Position numbers and translations under genes: made by a program
Notes under the pieces: model-generated
The model's database searches: none
Told to the model about the DNA's origin: nothing
The model's input: only the letters and a program-made list of their open reading frames with translations
In this document: positions 50,859 through 60,634 of the stretch, in pieces
Layout: each line of letters starts with the position of its first letter
Numbering within the stretch: the stretch's first letter is position 1
NCBI GenBank assembly: GCA_963665665.1
Contig: OY762428.1
Span: 3,168,001 to 3,232,000, forward strand
Reading direction: 5' to 3'
DNA: 64,000 bases
DNA from: Candidatus Kapaibacterium sp.
GTDB taxonomy: Bacteria; Bacteroidota; Ignavibacteria; Kapaibacteriales; UBA2268

Positions 50859-51872
50859 ATGGGTATTCTAATTTCCCTGATAGCGATTGTGGTATTGATG
50901 CTGATCGGATATGCCGGCGGTAGCGTGGAGGCGCTTCATCCTGTATTCGGGATAGCATTGCCATATATTGCTATTGTTGTTTTTATTGTCGGAATAATTG
51001 TCCGTATATTAAAATGGGCCCGCACACCGGTACCGTTTAATATTACAACAACATGCGGGCAGCAGAAATCCCTGGATTTTATCCATCAGAATAAGATCGA
51101 TAATCCATACACGGGATTTCAGGCAACATTGAGAATGGCGTTTGAAATATTGTTTTTCAGGTCGTTGTTCCGAAATACCAAAGCAGAGCTGAACGACAAA
51201 CAAAGGCTGGTTTATGGCGACAGCAAGTGGCTGTGGGCATTTAGCCTTGCTTTCCACTGGTCGTTCCTGATAGTTGTGCTCAGGCATTTCAGATTTTTTA
51301 CTGAACCGGTTCCCGGTTTTGTCCGGTATATTAATTCACTGGACAGCTTCTTCCAGATTGGGCTGCCAATTATAACGATTACCGGATTTGTTCTGGTACT
51401 GGCAGTCGGGTATCTTCTTTTCAGGAGATTTTTCGATCAGAAAGTAAGGTATATTTCACTTGCTTCGGATTATTTCCCCTTATTCCTTATCCTGTCGATA
51501 GGGCTTACAGGTATCTGGATGAAATATATCGACAAAGTTAACCTGGAAGGCATCAAGGAGATGACCGTGAGCATTTTCAGGTTTAATCCTGTAGTTCCGG
51601 AAGCTATCGAGGCTTCTTTCTTCATTCATCTTTTCCTTGTTTGCATTTTGCTGATATATATACCCATGAGCAAACTTGTTCACATGCCCGGTATATTTTT
51701 CACACCAACACGCAATATGGCGAACAATACAAGGGCAAAAAGGCATGTTAATCCCTGGAATGAAGATTTCAAGATGCATCATCATACTTACGAGGAATAC
51801 GAAGACGAGTTCAGGGACTTTATGAGGGGCTGCGATTTACCCCTTGAAAAGGAGGAAAAAGATGGCAAATAA
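50859..51872 (+). CDS. dsrM: DsrM cytochrome b subunit
   Basis: PVPFNITTTCGQQKSL, FFRSLFRN, FHWS, RHFRFF, SKLVHMPG, PTRNMAN. Confidence 0.95.
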   Translation: MGILISLIAIVVLMLIGYAGGSVEALHPVFGIALPYIAIVVFIVGIIVRILKWARTPVPFNITTTCGQQKSLDFIHQNKIDNPYTGFQATLRMAFEILFFRSLFRNTKAELNDKQRLVYGDSKWLWAFSLAFHWSFLIVVLRHFRFFTEPVPGFVRYINSLDSFFQIGLPIITITGFVLVLAVGYLLFRRFFDQKVRYISLASDYFPLFLILSIGLTGIWMKYIDKVNLEGIKEMTVSIFRFNPVVPEAIEASFFIHLFLVCILLIYIPMSKLVHMPGIFFTPTRNMANNTRAKRHVNPWNEDFKMHHHTYEEYEDEFRDFMRGCDLPLEKEEKDGK

Positions 51873-53481
51873 AATTACACCTCAGGATTTGGCCAATTCG
51901 GTAAATCACAATATCCCTTCAGAGAACTGGATGGATAAAAAGGTCAATTTTGTGAAAGGTAACTATAATCATGCGGCTGTTCCCGATAGTATAAAATATA
52001 TTGAACAGCCCAACCCCAGGAAATGGCAGCCTTATGAAGATGACTGGCAGCTTCCCGAAGACTGGCAGGAAATTATCCTGAACGGGCTGAGAGAAAGAAT
52101 ACACAAGTTTCGTTCGCTTCAGCTTTTTATGGATATCTGTGTGCGTTGCGGTGCATGCGCCGACAAATGCCACTTCTTCCTTGGTTCAGGCGACCCGAAG
52201 AATATGCCTGTTCTAAGGGCTGAACTTCTAAGGGCTGTTTACAGGAAAGAATATACAACTGCCGGTAAAATTATGGGCAAGATGGTTGGCGCCAAGAAAT
52301 TGGATCTCGAGACATTGCGTCAGTGGTTCTACTATTTCTACCAATGCACTCAGTGCAGGCGCTGCTCTGTATTTTGCCCCTACGGAATAGACACGGCGGA
52401 AATTACATTGATAACGCGTGAATTGATGAATCTTATCGGTGTAAATATCGACTGGGTAATGACTCCGGTTGCAAATTCACACCGGACGGGTAATCACCTT
52501 GGTATTCAGCCTCATGGCTTTGTGGACAGTATTGAATTTGCAGTGGATGACCTTAAAGATATCACGGGCGTACAGGTAGAGGCCCCAATTAATAAAAAAG
52601 GAGCTGAAGTGTTGTTTATAACTCCTTCTGCCGACTATTTTGGCGAGCCTCACTATTTCACGCTTCTTGGCTACCTGGCACTATTCCACGAGATTGGCCT
52701 GGATTATACATGGAGCACTTATGCTTCCGAGGGCGGAAACTTTGGTTCGTTTGTTTCTCATGAACTTATGAAGGTTTTGAATGCGAAGATGTATGCCGAG
52801 GCAAAGAGGCTTGGCGTAAAATGGATACTTGGCGGCGAATGTGGCCACATGTGGCGTGTTGTTCATCAGTATATGGATACTTTGAACGGGCCTGCCGACT
52901 TCCTTGAAACTCCTGTATCGCCGATTACTGGCACGAAATTTAGCAATTCAAATTCTTCGAAAATGGTTCATATCACCGAGTTTACAGCAGACCTTATTCG
53001 AAATAACAAGTTAAAACTGGATCCGAGCAGAAATGACCACTGGCATGCTACTTTCCACGATTCATGCAATCCGAGCCGTGCTTTGGGAATTCTGGAAGAA
53101 CCAAGATATATTATAAACAGCGTTATGAATCAATTTACCGAGATGCCGGATAATACTATCCGGGAGCAGACTTTCTGCTGCGGCAGTGGTGCCGGGCTCG
53201 GAACAGAAGAAAACTTCGAAATGAGAATGCGCGGTGGTATGCCAAGGGCAAATGCCGTTAAACATGTTCAGGAAACCGATGATGTGAATATCCTGCTTTG
53301 CATGTGTGCTATCGACAAAGCTACGCTTGTCCCGCTGATGGATTACTGGATTCCAGGTATGGAGGTTGGCGGTATCCACGAGATGGTGGGCAACGCTCTG
53401 ATAATGGATGGCGAAGCTGAAAGGGAAACTGACATGAGAGGCCAGCCGCTTCAGGGAAAGGAGGGTGAAGAAGATGTATAA
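51862..53481 (+). CDS. dsrK: DsrK (HdrD-like)
   Basis: CVRCGACADKCH, CTQCRRCSVFCPYGID, GECGHMWR, FHDSC, CCGSG. Confidence 0.96.
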   Translation: MANKITPQDLANSVNHNIPSENWMDKKVNFVKGNYNHAAVPDSIKYIEQPNPRKWQPYEDDWQLPEDWQEIILNGLRERIHKFRSLQLFMDICVRCGACADKCHFFLGSGDPKNMPVLRAELLRAVYRKEYTTAGKIMGKMVGAKKLDLETLRQWFYYFYQCTQCRRCSVFCPYGIDTAEITLITRELMNLIGVNIDWVMTPVANSHRTGNHLGIQPHGFVDSIEFAVDDLKDITGVQVEAPINKKGAEVLFITPSADYFGEPHYFTLLGYLALFHEIGLDYTWSTYASEGGNFGSFVSHELMKVLNAKMYAEAKRLGVKWILGGECGHMWRVVHQYMDTLNGPADFLETPVSPITGTKFSNSNSSKMVHITEFTADLIRNNKLKLDPSRNDHWHATFHDSCNPSRALGILEEPRYIINSVMNQFTEMPDNTIREQTFCCGSGAGLGTEENFEMRMRGGMPRANAVKHVQETDDVNILLCMCAIDKATLVPLMDYWIPGMEVGGIHEMVGNALIMDGEAERETDMRGQPLQGKEGEEDV

Positions 53482-53950
53482 TTCAGGTAAAGTGATTCTT
53501 GGTATTATTGTTTTCCTCGTGCTCTTCGGCGCTCCTGTCTGGCTAACCTTAAGCAGCAGCCAGGCTGACGAAGTCCCCGAACTGAAATACCCTGAAAATT
53601 CCACCGAATGTGTTTATGAAAAAGAACACATGAGGGCTTACCACATGGAAATTCTGAATGACTGGCGGGACAAGGTAGTAAGGGAAAATATCCGCTACGA
53701 AGATATTAATGGCAAAAAAGTGGAAATGAGCCTAACGAAAACATGCATGAAATGCCATGACGACAAGGTGAATTTTTGTGATAAATGCCATGATTATCTT
53801 GGTGTAACTCCTTATTGCTGGGATTGCCACGTTATGCCGCAGGAGATTACTCAGAAACCGGCAGTAACAACTATGTCAGAAAAGCAGCCTTGCTGCGATA
53901 AACATAAAGATGAAGTTAAAATATCCGAGGAGGCAGGAAATGAAAATTGA
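53474..53950 (+). CDS. dsrJ: DsrJ triheme cytochrome c
   Basis: N-terminal TM anchor; CV...MR..HM..L..WRD.VVR; CMKCH, CDKCH, CWDCH. Confidence 0.95.
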   Translation: MYNSGKVILGIIVFLVLFGAPVWLTLSSSQADEVPELKYPENSTECVYEKEHMRAYHMEILNDWRDKVVRENIRYEDINGKKVEMSLTKTCMKCHDDKVNFCDKCHDYLGVTPYCWDCHVMPQEITQKPAVTTMSEKQPCCDKHKDEVKISEEAGNEN

Positions 53951-54716
53951 CAGAAGGAAATTCCTGTCCCTGACCGGTGGAGCAGCATTATTCGGGCTGG
54001 CAGGAAAAGCTTCCTACGAGGCTTTTGCAGCCGGAGAAGTTGACAAAGCCATCGGAGAACATAAGGCCAAAACGCGTTGGGCTATGGTAATTGACCTCAG
54101 GATACTGAAAGACCATCCCGAGGAATATGACAACATTATCAATGCCTGTAACCTGGACCATAATGTTCCGAAAATTGATGATGAAAGGCATGAAATTAAA
54201 TGGGTATGGAAGGAAGACTTCCACCATGCTTTCATCGAGCAGGAAAACTTTTTCTATCCAAATGAAGTGCGTCACATGAATGTTATACTCATGTGCAATC
54301 ATTGCGATAATCCTCCCTGCGTGAATGTATGCCCGACACAGGCCACATGGAAGCGCGAGGAAGACGGAATCGTGATGATGGACTGGCACCGCTGCATAGG
54401 ATGCCGCTATTGTATGGCAGCATGCCCTTACGGCTCCAGGAGCTTCAATTGGGTGGATCCCAAGCCATTGCTAAAAGAAATGAACGGAGACTTTCCGGCA
54501 AGGACAAAAGGTGTTGTTGAAAAATGCACTTTCTGTGCTTCAAGGATTTCACAAGGCAAACAACCTGCCTGCGTAGAAGCCTGCAAAACCGGAGCCTTAA
54601 AATTTGGAAACCTGTATGACAGAGAATCCGAAATCAGGAAAGTTCTCCGCGATAATTATTCAATAAGAAGAAAACCTGAACTTGGCACACAGCCTGAAGT
54701 TTATTATTTAATATAG
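53940..54716 (+). CDS. dsrO: DsrO Tat-exported Fe-S protein
   Basis: DRRKFL Tat motif; CNHCDNPPCVNVCP, CIGCRYCMAACPY, EKCTFC. Confidence 0.95.
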   Translation: MKIDRRKFLSLTGGAALFGLAGKASYEAFAAGEVDKAIGEHKAKTRWAMVIDLRILKDHPEEYDNIINACNLDHNVPKIDDERHEIKWVWKEDFHHAFIEQENFFYPNEVRHMNVILMCNHCDNPPCVNVCPTQATWKREEDGIVMMDWHRCIGCRYCMAACPYGSRSFNWVDPKPLLKEMNGDFPARTKGVVEKCTFCASRISQGKQPACVEACKTGALKFGNLYDRESEIRKVLRDNYSIRRKPELGTQPEVYYLI

Positions 54717-54758
54717 GTTTTCCGATAATCCTTTGAAAGTAAATACGAGGGATAAAAA

Positions 54759-55916
54759 ATGTTAGAAAAAGCATTTCAAGGCAGTAAAAAATATTGGACA
54801 TGGGTAATTTTCCTGCTGCTGCTTATTATGACCGGCACTTTGTTCTATCTGAAGCAATTCAGCGAAGGCCTGGGTGTGACGGGTATGAACAGAGATGTAA
54901 CCTGGGGCTTTTATATTGCCCAGTTTACTTTCCTGGTTGGTGTGGCGGCTTCGGCTGTTATGGTGGTTCTGCCATACTACCTTCACAATTATAAGCAATT
55001 CGGGAAGATAACCATTCTCGGCGAATTTCTCGCCATAGGATCAGTGATTATGTGTATGACTTTTATTTTCGTTGATATGGGGCAACCCCTGCGTATTGCG
55101 AATGTATTCATGCACCCGACACCGAACTCACCGATGTTCTGGGATTCGGTGTCGCTGTTCGGCTATCTGATTCTGAACGTGGTAATCAGCCGCGTTGCTC
55201 TTTCTTCGGAAAAGAAAGGTATTGCTCCGCCCCATTGGATAAAACCAATAATTATTTTATCCATTCCCTGGGCTGTTAGTATTCATACTGTAACTGCATT
55301 TCTGTACTCAGGCCTTGCAGCCCGTCCGTTCTGGATGAGTGCCGTTATGGCCCCGAGATTCCTTTCAACTGCTTTTGCAGCAGGCCCGGCACTTCTTGTG
55401 CTTCTGGTGCTGTTGCTCAGGAAGGTTACTAACTTCCAGGTTGGTAAAGAACCGATTCAGAAACTTGCAATTATCATGACTTATGCTATGATGCTGAATA
55501 TCTTCCTGCTTCTTATGGAAGTATTTACCGCTCTTTATAGCGGCATTCCGCACCATGCGCATCATTTCCAGCTTCTATATCTTGGTTTCGAGGGTAATAC
55601 CACACTCGTACCGTGGATGTGGATATCAAGTATCCTGGCAATATTGTCAATAATTATGCTTGCAACTCCGAAATTCAGGAAAAATGAAAAGATACTGCTC
55701 TGGTCTTCAGTGTTTGTATTCTTATCAATCTGGATTGACAAGGGGCTTGGTATGATCGTAACGGGATTCATCCCGACTCCTTTGGGCCACACCGTTGATT
55801 ACTGGCCGACAATTCCCGAGTTTATGATCTCGGTTGGCATATATGCCATAGGCATGCTTATTATTACCGGACTTTATAAGATAGCGCTTTCTGTCAGGAG
55901 ACAGCTGAAAGTTTAA
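54759..55916 (+). CDS. dsrP: DsrP (NrfD/PsrC family)
   Basis: TGMNRDVTWGFYI, SIPWAVSIHTVTAFL, MAPRFL, WIDKG. Confidence 0.95.
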   Translation: MLEKAFQGSKKYWTWVIFLLLLIMTGTLFYLKQFSEGLGVTGMNRDVTWGFYIAQFTFLVGVAASAVMVVLPYYLHNYKQFGKITILGEFLAIGSVIMCMTFIFVDMGQPLRIANVFMHPTPNSPMFWDSVSLFGYLILNVVISRVALSSEKKGIAPPHWIKPIIILSIPWAVSIHTVTAFLYSGLAARPFWMSAVMAPRFLSTAFAAGPALLVLLVLLLRKVTNFQVGKEPIQKLAIIMTYAMMLNIFLLLMEVFTALYSGIPHHAHHFQLLYLGFEGNTTLVPWMWISSILAILSIIMLATPKFRKNEKILLWSSVFVFLSIWIDKGLGMIVTGFIPTPLGHTVDYWPTIPEFMISVGIYAIGMLIITGLYKIALSVRRQLKV

Positions 55917-55935
55917 ATGTTATTCTATAAATATC

Positions 55936-55980
55936 AATTCCGCCTTCGTTCATCAGAAAGAGGGCGGAATTATTTATTTA
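55936..55980 (+). terminator. Hairpin ending the dsr cluster
   Basis: aattccgcct...gggcggaatt followed by an AT-rich tail. Confidence 0.65.
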
Positions 55981-56324
55981 TGCTTTATATACTTGTTGTT
56001 TTATTGAAATTCAGAACTTCTGTACCGGGAGCGAAATTTCAACGAACCATTGTAACAACTACCTGATGCAATATTTTGTATATATCAACAATTGATACCA
56101 CATAAATATATCTGAAATATCAATATTACGATGAAATTTTTTAACGTGGATTCCTGATGACTGAACATTGTGATTAGCAGGCTTAGGATGAAAGAAAATC
56201 TGCATTGCGAAGTATAAATTCATAAAGAATGTATTCATTCATCTCCAAATACAATTATTTACATTCCAATTCGATAATATAGAATTGAAAAAAAATTTGA
56301 TTATTAAAATTTCAGGATAGCATA

Positions 56325-59300
56325 ATGAAAAGATTTTCTATTGCATTTTTGGTGCTAATTGTTGCAGTGCCGTTCCTCAGATCGGAGGAGACAAGGCTCC
56401 TGCGTTATCCGGCTGTATCTGACAGCCAGATTGCTTTTGTTTATGGCGGAGATATTTATACGGTTGATATAAATGGCGGCCTTGCCAGGAAACTGACAAA
56501 CTCTGACGGATTCGAGATATTTCCGCGTTTTTCTCCTGACGGCAAGCAGATTGCATTTTCGGGAGAATATGACGGCAACCGTGAAGTTTATCTTATGCCG
56601 GCAAATGGCGGCGAACCCAAAAGGCTTACCTACAGCCCGGATATGACAGCTTCACTACCTGAACGCATGGGGCCTGACAAAGTGATAATGGGCTGGACTC
56701 CTGATGGTAAAGACATCCTTTACCGCTCGCGAAAGGCAAGCTGGAATGCTTTCACCGGACGCCTTTACCTTATTGATACAAAGGGCTCGCTGCCTGAGGA
56801 ACTGCCGCTTCCCCGGGGTGGTTTTGCCTCATACTCGCCTGACGGAAAAAAACTGGCGTATAACAGGATATTCCGCGAGTTCCGCACATGGAAACGCTAC
56901 CAGGGAGGTATGGCCGATGATATCTGGATATATGATTTTAACACAAAGAAAACCGAACAGATAACTGACAACAAAGCCCAGGATATTATTCCTATGTGGG
57001 CAGGAAACAAAGTCTATTTCCTTTCCGACAGAACAAAACGCATGAACCTGTATTCCTACAATATTAATACAAAAGAAACAAAACAGCTTACAAATTATAC
57101 AGATTTTGATATTAAATTCCCGTCTTTGGGTAAAAATCATATCGTATTCGAAAAGGGCGGATATATTTATCTTCTTGACCTTAGCGATGATAAAGTCAGC
57201 AGGGTAAATATTGAGGTAGCGCAGGATTTTCCCTATGCCAGAACTGAAATAGTAAATGTAAAGAATAAGATCAATTCTTATGAAATATCACCGGAAGGAA
57301 ACAGGGCACTGTTCACTGCACGCGGTGATATATTTACCGTTCCGAGAGAAAAGGGCAGAACATATAACCTGACTGAAAGTTCCGGTGCTCACGATAGAAA
57401 TGCCGTTTGGTCTCCCGATGGGAAGTGGATTGCATTTATAAGCGACAGAAGCGGCGAAGATGAAGTATATATGATGAAACCCGATGGCTCGGATGTTATT
57501 AAGCTTACTGATGACGCAGAATCATACAGATTTTCTTTAAAATGGTCGCCGGACAGCAAATACCTGCTTTGCTCGGATAAAGCAATGAAACTGTATTATA
57601 TAGATATAAGTTCGAAGAAGGTTACGCAGGTGGCAAAATCAAAACAGTGGGAAATTCGGGATTATACATGGTCACCGGACAGTAAATGGATTGCATATTC
57701 TGATGGAGCGGATAATGGATTCTCAGTTGTTTATTTACATTCGATAGAGAAAAATGAAACATACCCGCTGACTTCCGAATTTTTCGAGAGCCGCAGCCCC
57801 GAATTTTCTGAGGATGGGAAGTACTTGTTTTTTGTTTCGAACAGAACATTCAATCCTCAGCTTGGCAATTTTGAACTGAGCTATAACTATCGTGATATGA
57901 GTACGATCTTTGGTATTACTCTTCAGTCTGATGAACCGACGCCATTTGCCTACGAAGAAGATAAAGTAGCGGTTAGCGACGGCGATAAGAAGAAAAAGTC
58001 CAAAAAAGATAAAGAAGATGAAAGCAAAGGAATTGATATAGATAATATCAGCCGGCGTATTTTTGAACTTCCGGCTAAATCTGCAAATTATGGCGGACTA
58101 AAATCTATCGGGAATAAACTTTATTATGTTGTTGGCGGAGCCGGCATTAAGCCCGGGCTGAAAGTTTTTGATTTCGATAAAAAAGAAGAATCTGATGTTG
58201 GCAGTATCAGAGGATATGAAATAAGCGCCGACGGCAAATATATCCTGTTCAGGAGCGGAAAAGATTACTATATCGAGAAACTTGGCGCTAAGGTAAAACC
58301 GGGCGAAGGAAAACTCAATCTCGATAATATGGAAATTAAACTAAACCGGCGTGAGGAATGGACTCAGATATTCAACGAAGCATGGCGTCAGATGAAGTAT
58401 TTCCTCTACGATCCTAATCTTCACGGAGTTGACTGGAACGGTGTTAAAAAATCTTACTCCGAACTTCTGCCTTATGTTATTCACCGGGAAGACCTGACTT
58501 ATATTATTGGTGAGATGATAGGCGAGTTGAATGTGGGGCATGCATACTTTGGCGGCGGTGATGCTCCCAAAACAAAGAAGATACCCGTGGGGCTGCTCGG
58601 TGTGGATTTTGAGTTGGATCCCGGAAGTGGTTTTTACAGGATTGCTAAAATTTATCCCGGCAGAAACTGGGAAGAAGGTACACGTTCCCCGCTAACAGAA
58701 CCCGGCATTGATGTAAAAGAAGGGGATTATTTAGTTATGATTGACGGCGATAAACTAAGCGCCGAACTTCATCCTAACAAAGCGCTCGTGAACAAGGCCG
58801 GAAAATTTGTTGAATTGAAAGTTAATTCAAGGCCATCTGTAACCGGTGCAAAGGATATCAACGTGAAAACCATTGCTCATGAAAATGGGCTGCGCTACTT
58901 AGACTGGGTGGAAACAAACCGCCGCAAAGTAGATGAAGCCACGGACGGGCAGGTAGCTTATATTCATATTCCGAATATGATGTTCGAGGGGCTGAATGAA
59001 TTCGTAAAATACTTCTATCCGCAGATTCGCAAAAAAGGCCTGATAGTTGACGACAGGTTCAACGGTGGCGGATTTGTTTCAAAAATGATATTGGAAAGAT
59101 TGAGAAGAATCATGACAATGGTTGGCAATGCCCGAAATCAGGAAGTAGTCTCCACATATCCGGAAGCAGTTTTCACAGGGCCAATGCTTTGCATGACAAA
59201 TGAATATTCTGCCTCCGACGGCGATATTTTTCCTTATAATTTCAGGCAGAACAATCTTGGCAAAACATTGGGCAAACGCACATGGGGAGGCGTTATCGGA

Positions 59301-59555
59301 ATCAGGGGCAGCCTGCCGTTCGTTGACGGCAGCTACCTGAATAAACCGGAGTTCTCGCATTTCAGTGTGGATGGCAAATGGATACTCGAAGGCGAAGGAT
59401 TCACACCGGATATAATTCTGGATAACGACCCGGCACAGGAATATTCCGGAAATGATCAGCAGTTGAATAGAGCTATTGAAATAATACTTGAAGAAGTGAA
59501 AAATTACAAAGGGCCGAAAATCCCAGAAGTGCCTCAGCATCCGATAAGGAACTGA
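56325..59555 (+). CDS. Tricorn-like S41 protease with signal peptide
   Basis: RLLRYP, repeated SPDGK propellers, WKRYQGG, GELNVGH, PDZ domain, RFNGGG, SASDGD, RTWGG. Confidence 0.93.
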   Translation: MKRFSIAFLVLIVAVPFLRSEETRLLRYPAVSDSQIAFVYGGDIYTVDINGGLARKLTNSDGFEIFPRFSPDGKQIAFSGEYDGNREVYLMPANGGEPKRLTYSPDMTASLPERMGPDKVIMGWTPDGKDILYRSRKASWNAFTGRLYLIDTKGSLPEELPLPRGGFASYSPDGKKLAYNRIFREFRTWKRYQGGMADDIWIYDFNTKKTEQITDNKAQDIIPMWAGNKVYFLSDRTKRMNLYSYNINTKETKQLTNYTDFDIKFPSLGKNHIVFEKGGYIYLLDLSDDKVSRVNIEVAQDFPYARTEIVNVKNKINSYEISPEGNRALFTARGDIFTVPREKGRTYNLTESSGAHDRNAVWSPDGKWIAFISDRSGEDEVYMMKPDGSDVIKLTDDAESYRFSLKWSPDSKYLLCSDKAMKLYYIDISSKKVTQVAKSKQWEIRDYTWSPDSKWIAYSDGADNGFSVVYLHSIEKNETYPLTSEFFESRSPEFSEDGKYLFFVSNRTFNPQLGNFELSYNYRDMSTIFGITLQSDEPTPFAYEEDKVAVSDGDKKKKSKKDKEDESKGIDIDNISRRIFELPAKSANYGGLKSIGNKLYYVVGGAGIKPGLKVFDFDKKEESDVGSIRGYEISADGKYILFRSGKDYYIEKLGAKVKPGEGKLNLDNMEIKLNRREEWTQIFNEAWRQMKYFLYDPNLHGVDWNGVKKSYSELLPYVIHREDLTYIIGEMIGELNVGHAYFGGGDAPKTKKIPVGLLGVDFELDPGSGFYRIAKIYPGRNWEEGTRSPLTEPGIDVKEGDYLVMIDGDKLSAELHPNKALVNKAGKFVELKVNSRPSVTGAKDINVKTIAHENGLRYLDWVETNRRKVDEATDGQVAYIHIPNMMFEGLNEFVKYFYPQIRKKGLIVDDRFNGGGFVSKMILERLRRIMTMVGNARNQEVVSTYPEAVFTGPMLCMTNEYSASDGDIFPYNFRQNNLGKTLGKRTWGGVIGIRGSLPFVDGSYLNKPEFSHFSVDGKWILEGEGFTPDIILDNDPAQEYSGNDQQLNRAIEIILEEVKNYKGPKIPEVPQHPIRN

Positions 59556-59591
59556 TAGGCTTTGCTAATTTATATTCAGATGTCTATCTTT

Positions 59592-60041
59592 TTTCTCCTT
59601 CCCAAGCCCTGCTTGGGAAGGAGAAAGTTGTCCTTGGATAAAATATCCGATAGAGTATTAAAATGATATAAAAAAGCTCCGTAGGAGCGACACAATCTTT
59701 TGACTATGTCGCCCCGATGGGGCTTTTGTTTTTACCGGGTTTGCCTTTCTACAAAAATGTCGCGGCTACGCCGCTTTCGATTTGGGAAGATGTAGAGGTA
59801 ATGAATGACTGTTATTTGAGAAGAATCCACCCCCGCCCTTCGGACACCCCCGCCAGCGGGGGACAGTTCTTTTCCTCCTTCCCAAGTTGCACTTGGGAAG
59901 GAATATTTCCTGCAAAGTTATACTTTGCCATACACTGTTTCAACGAATTACAAATAACAGATTCATTTACGAAGCTCATCTTCGTATAAAATTGGCATTA
60001 CCAAGTCTTTCTACAAAAATGTCGCGGCTACGCCGCTTTCG
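59592..60041. repeat. Cluster of REP-like palindromes and direct repeats
   Basis: 16-bp perfect inverted repeat at 59592-59626; gctccgtaggagcgac / gtcgccccgatggggc pair; 35-bp direct repeat at 59745 and 60007; composite unit at 59821-59916. Confidence 0.8.
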
Positions 60042-60042
60042 G

Positions 60043-60597
60043 TTAGGATAGAATGTAGGGGGAAGGAATAACTGTTATCTGAGAAGAATCAACGCTCGTG
60101 GCGTAGAGATCAAGAACCTGCCGGTACATAACCTTCTCCGATGAACGGATATCACGAATGCGATCTAATAGTTCGCGCCAGTAAGCGCCTCCTCCAAATT
60201 CCTTCAGGCGCTCATCATCCATAGCAAAGCCCTTAACTATATATTCTTTAAGGCGTTCGCTGGCCCAAATACGGAACTGCTTGGCAATTCGTGACTTAAT
60301 GCAGTAGCCAAGAGAAATTATCATATCAAGGTTGTAGAATGGAATGTTTCTTTCCATATTTCTATTGCCTTCGATTTGAACCTGTCGGAATTTCCGACAA
60401 GTTGAATCTTCCTGCAACTCGCCTTCCTCATAGATATGCTTAATATGCTCCACTACATTTGTTCTTGATGAATGATAAAGCTGTGCCATCTGCTGCTGAG
60501 ACAGCCATACTGTCTCATCAGATAAACGGACGTCAATCCTTGTTTTGCCTTGATTGGACTGATAAATCAGTATTTCGCCTTTTTTATCTTCTTTCAT
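60043..60597 (-). pseudogene. 3'-truncated RhuM/virulence-family DNA-binding protein
   Basis: ETVWLSQQQMAQLY, YNLDMIISLGY, QFRIWA..LKEYIVKGF.MDDERLK, IRDIRSSEK; similarity stops at YATSVD and the frame ends in repeat DNA at 184 aa (family members are about 330 aa). Confidence 0.75.
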
Positions 60598-60634
60598 CCG
60601 TCAAGCCTCCCGGAAATAATAATTTCGTTTCATA

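Noticed and set aside
34994-55916. Oxidative (reverse) Dsr pathway as in Chlorobi
   Set aside because: No dsrEFH in the cluster, dsrD is present, and DsrL carries the YRR motif; the reductive reading is better supported
59717-59989. Small ORFs in repeat-rich spacers (also 23204-23684 and 63013-63387)
   Set aside because: They run through palindromic repeats, with no RBS or protein-like motifs
59745-60041. 35-bp direct repeats as a CRISPR mini-array
   Set aside because: The 227-bp interval is far too long for a spacer and is itself filled with REP-like palindromes
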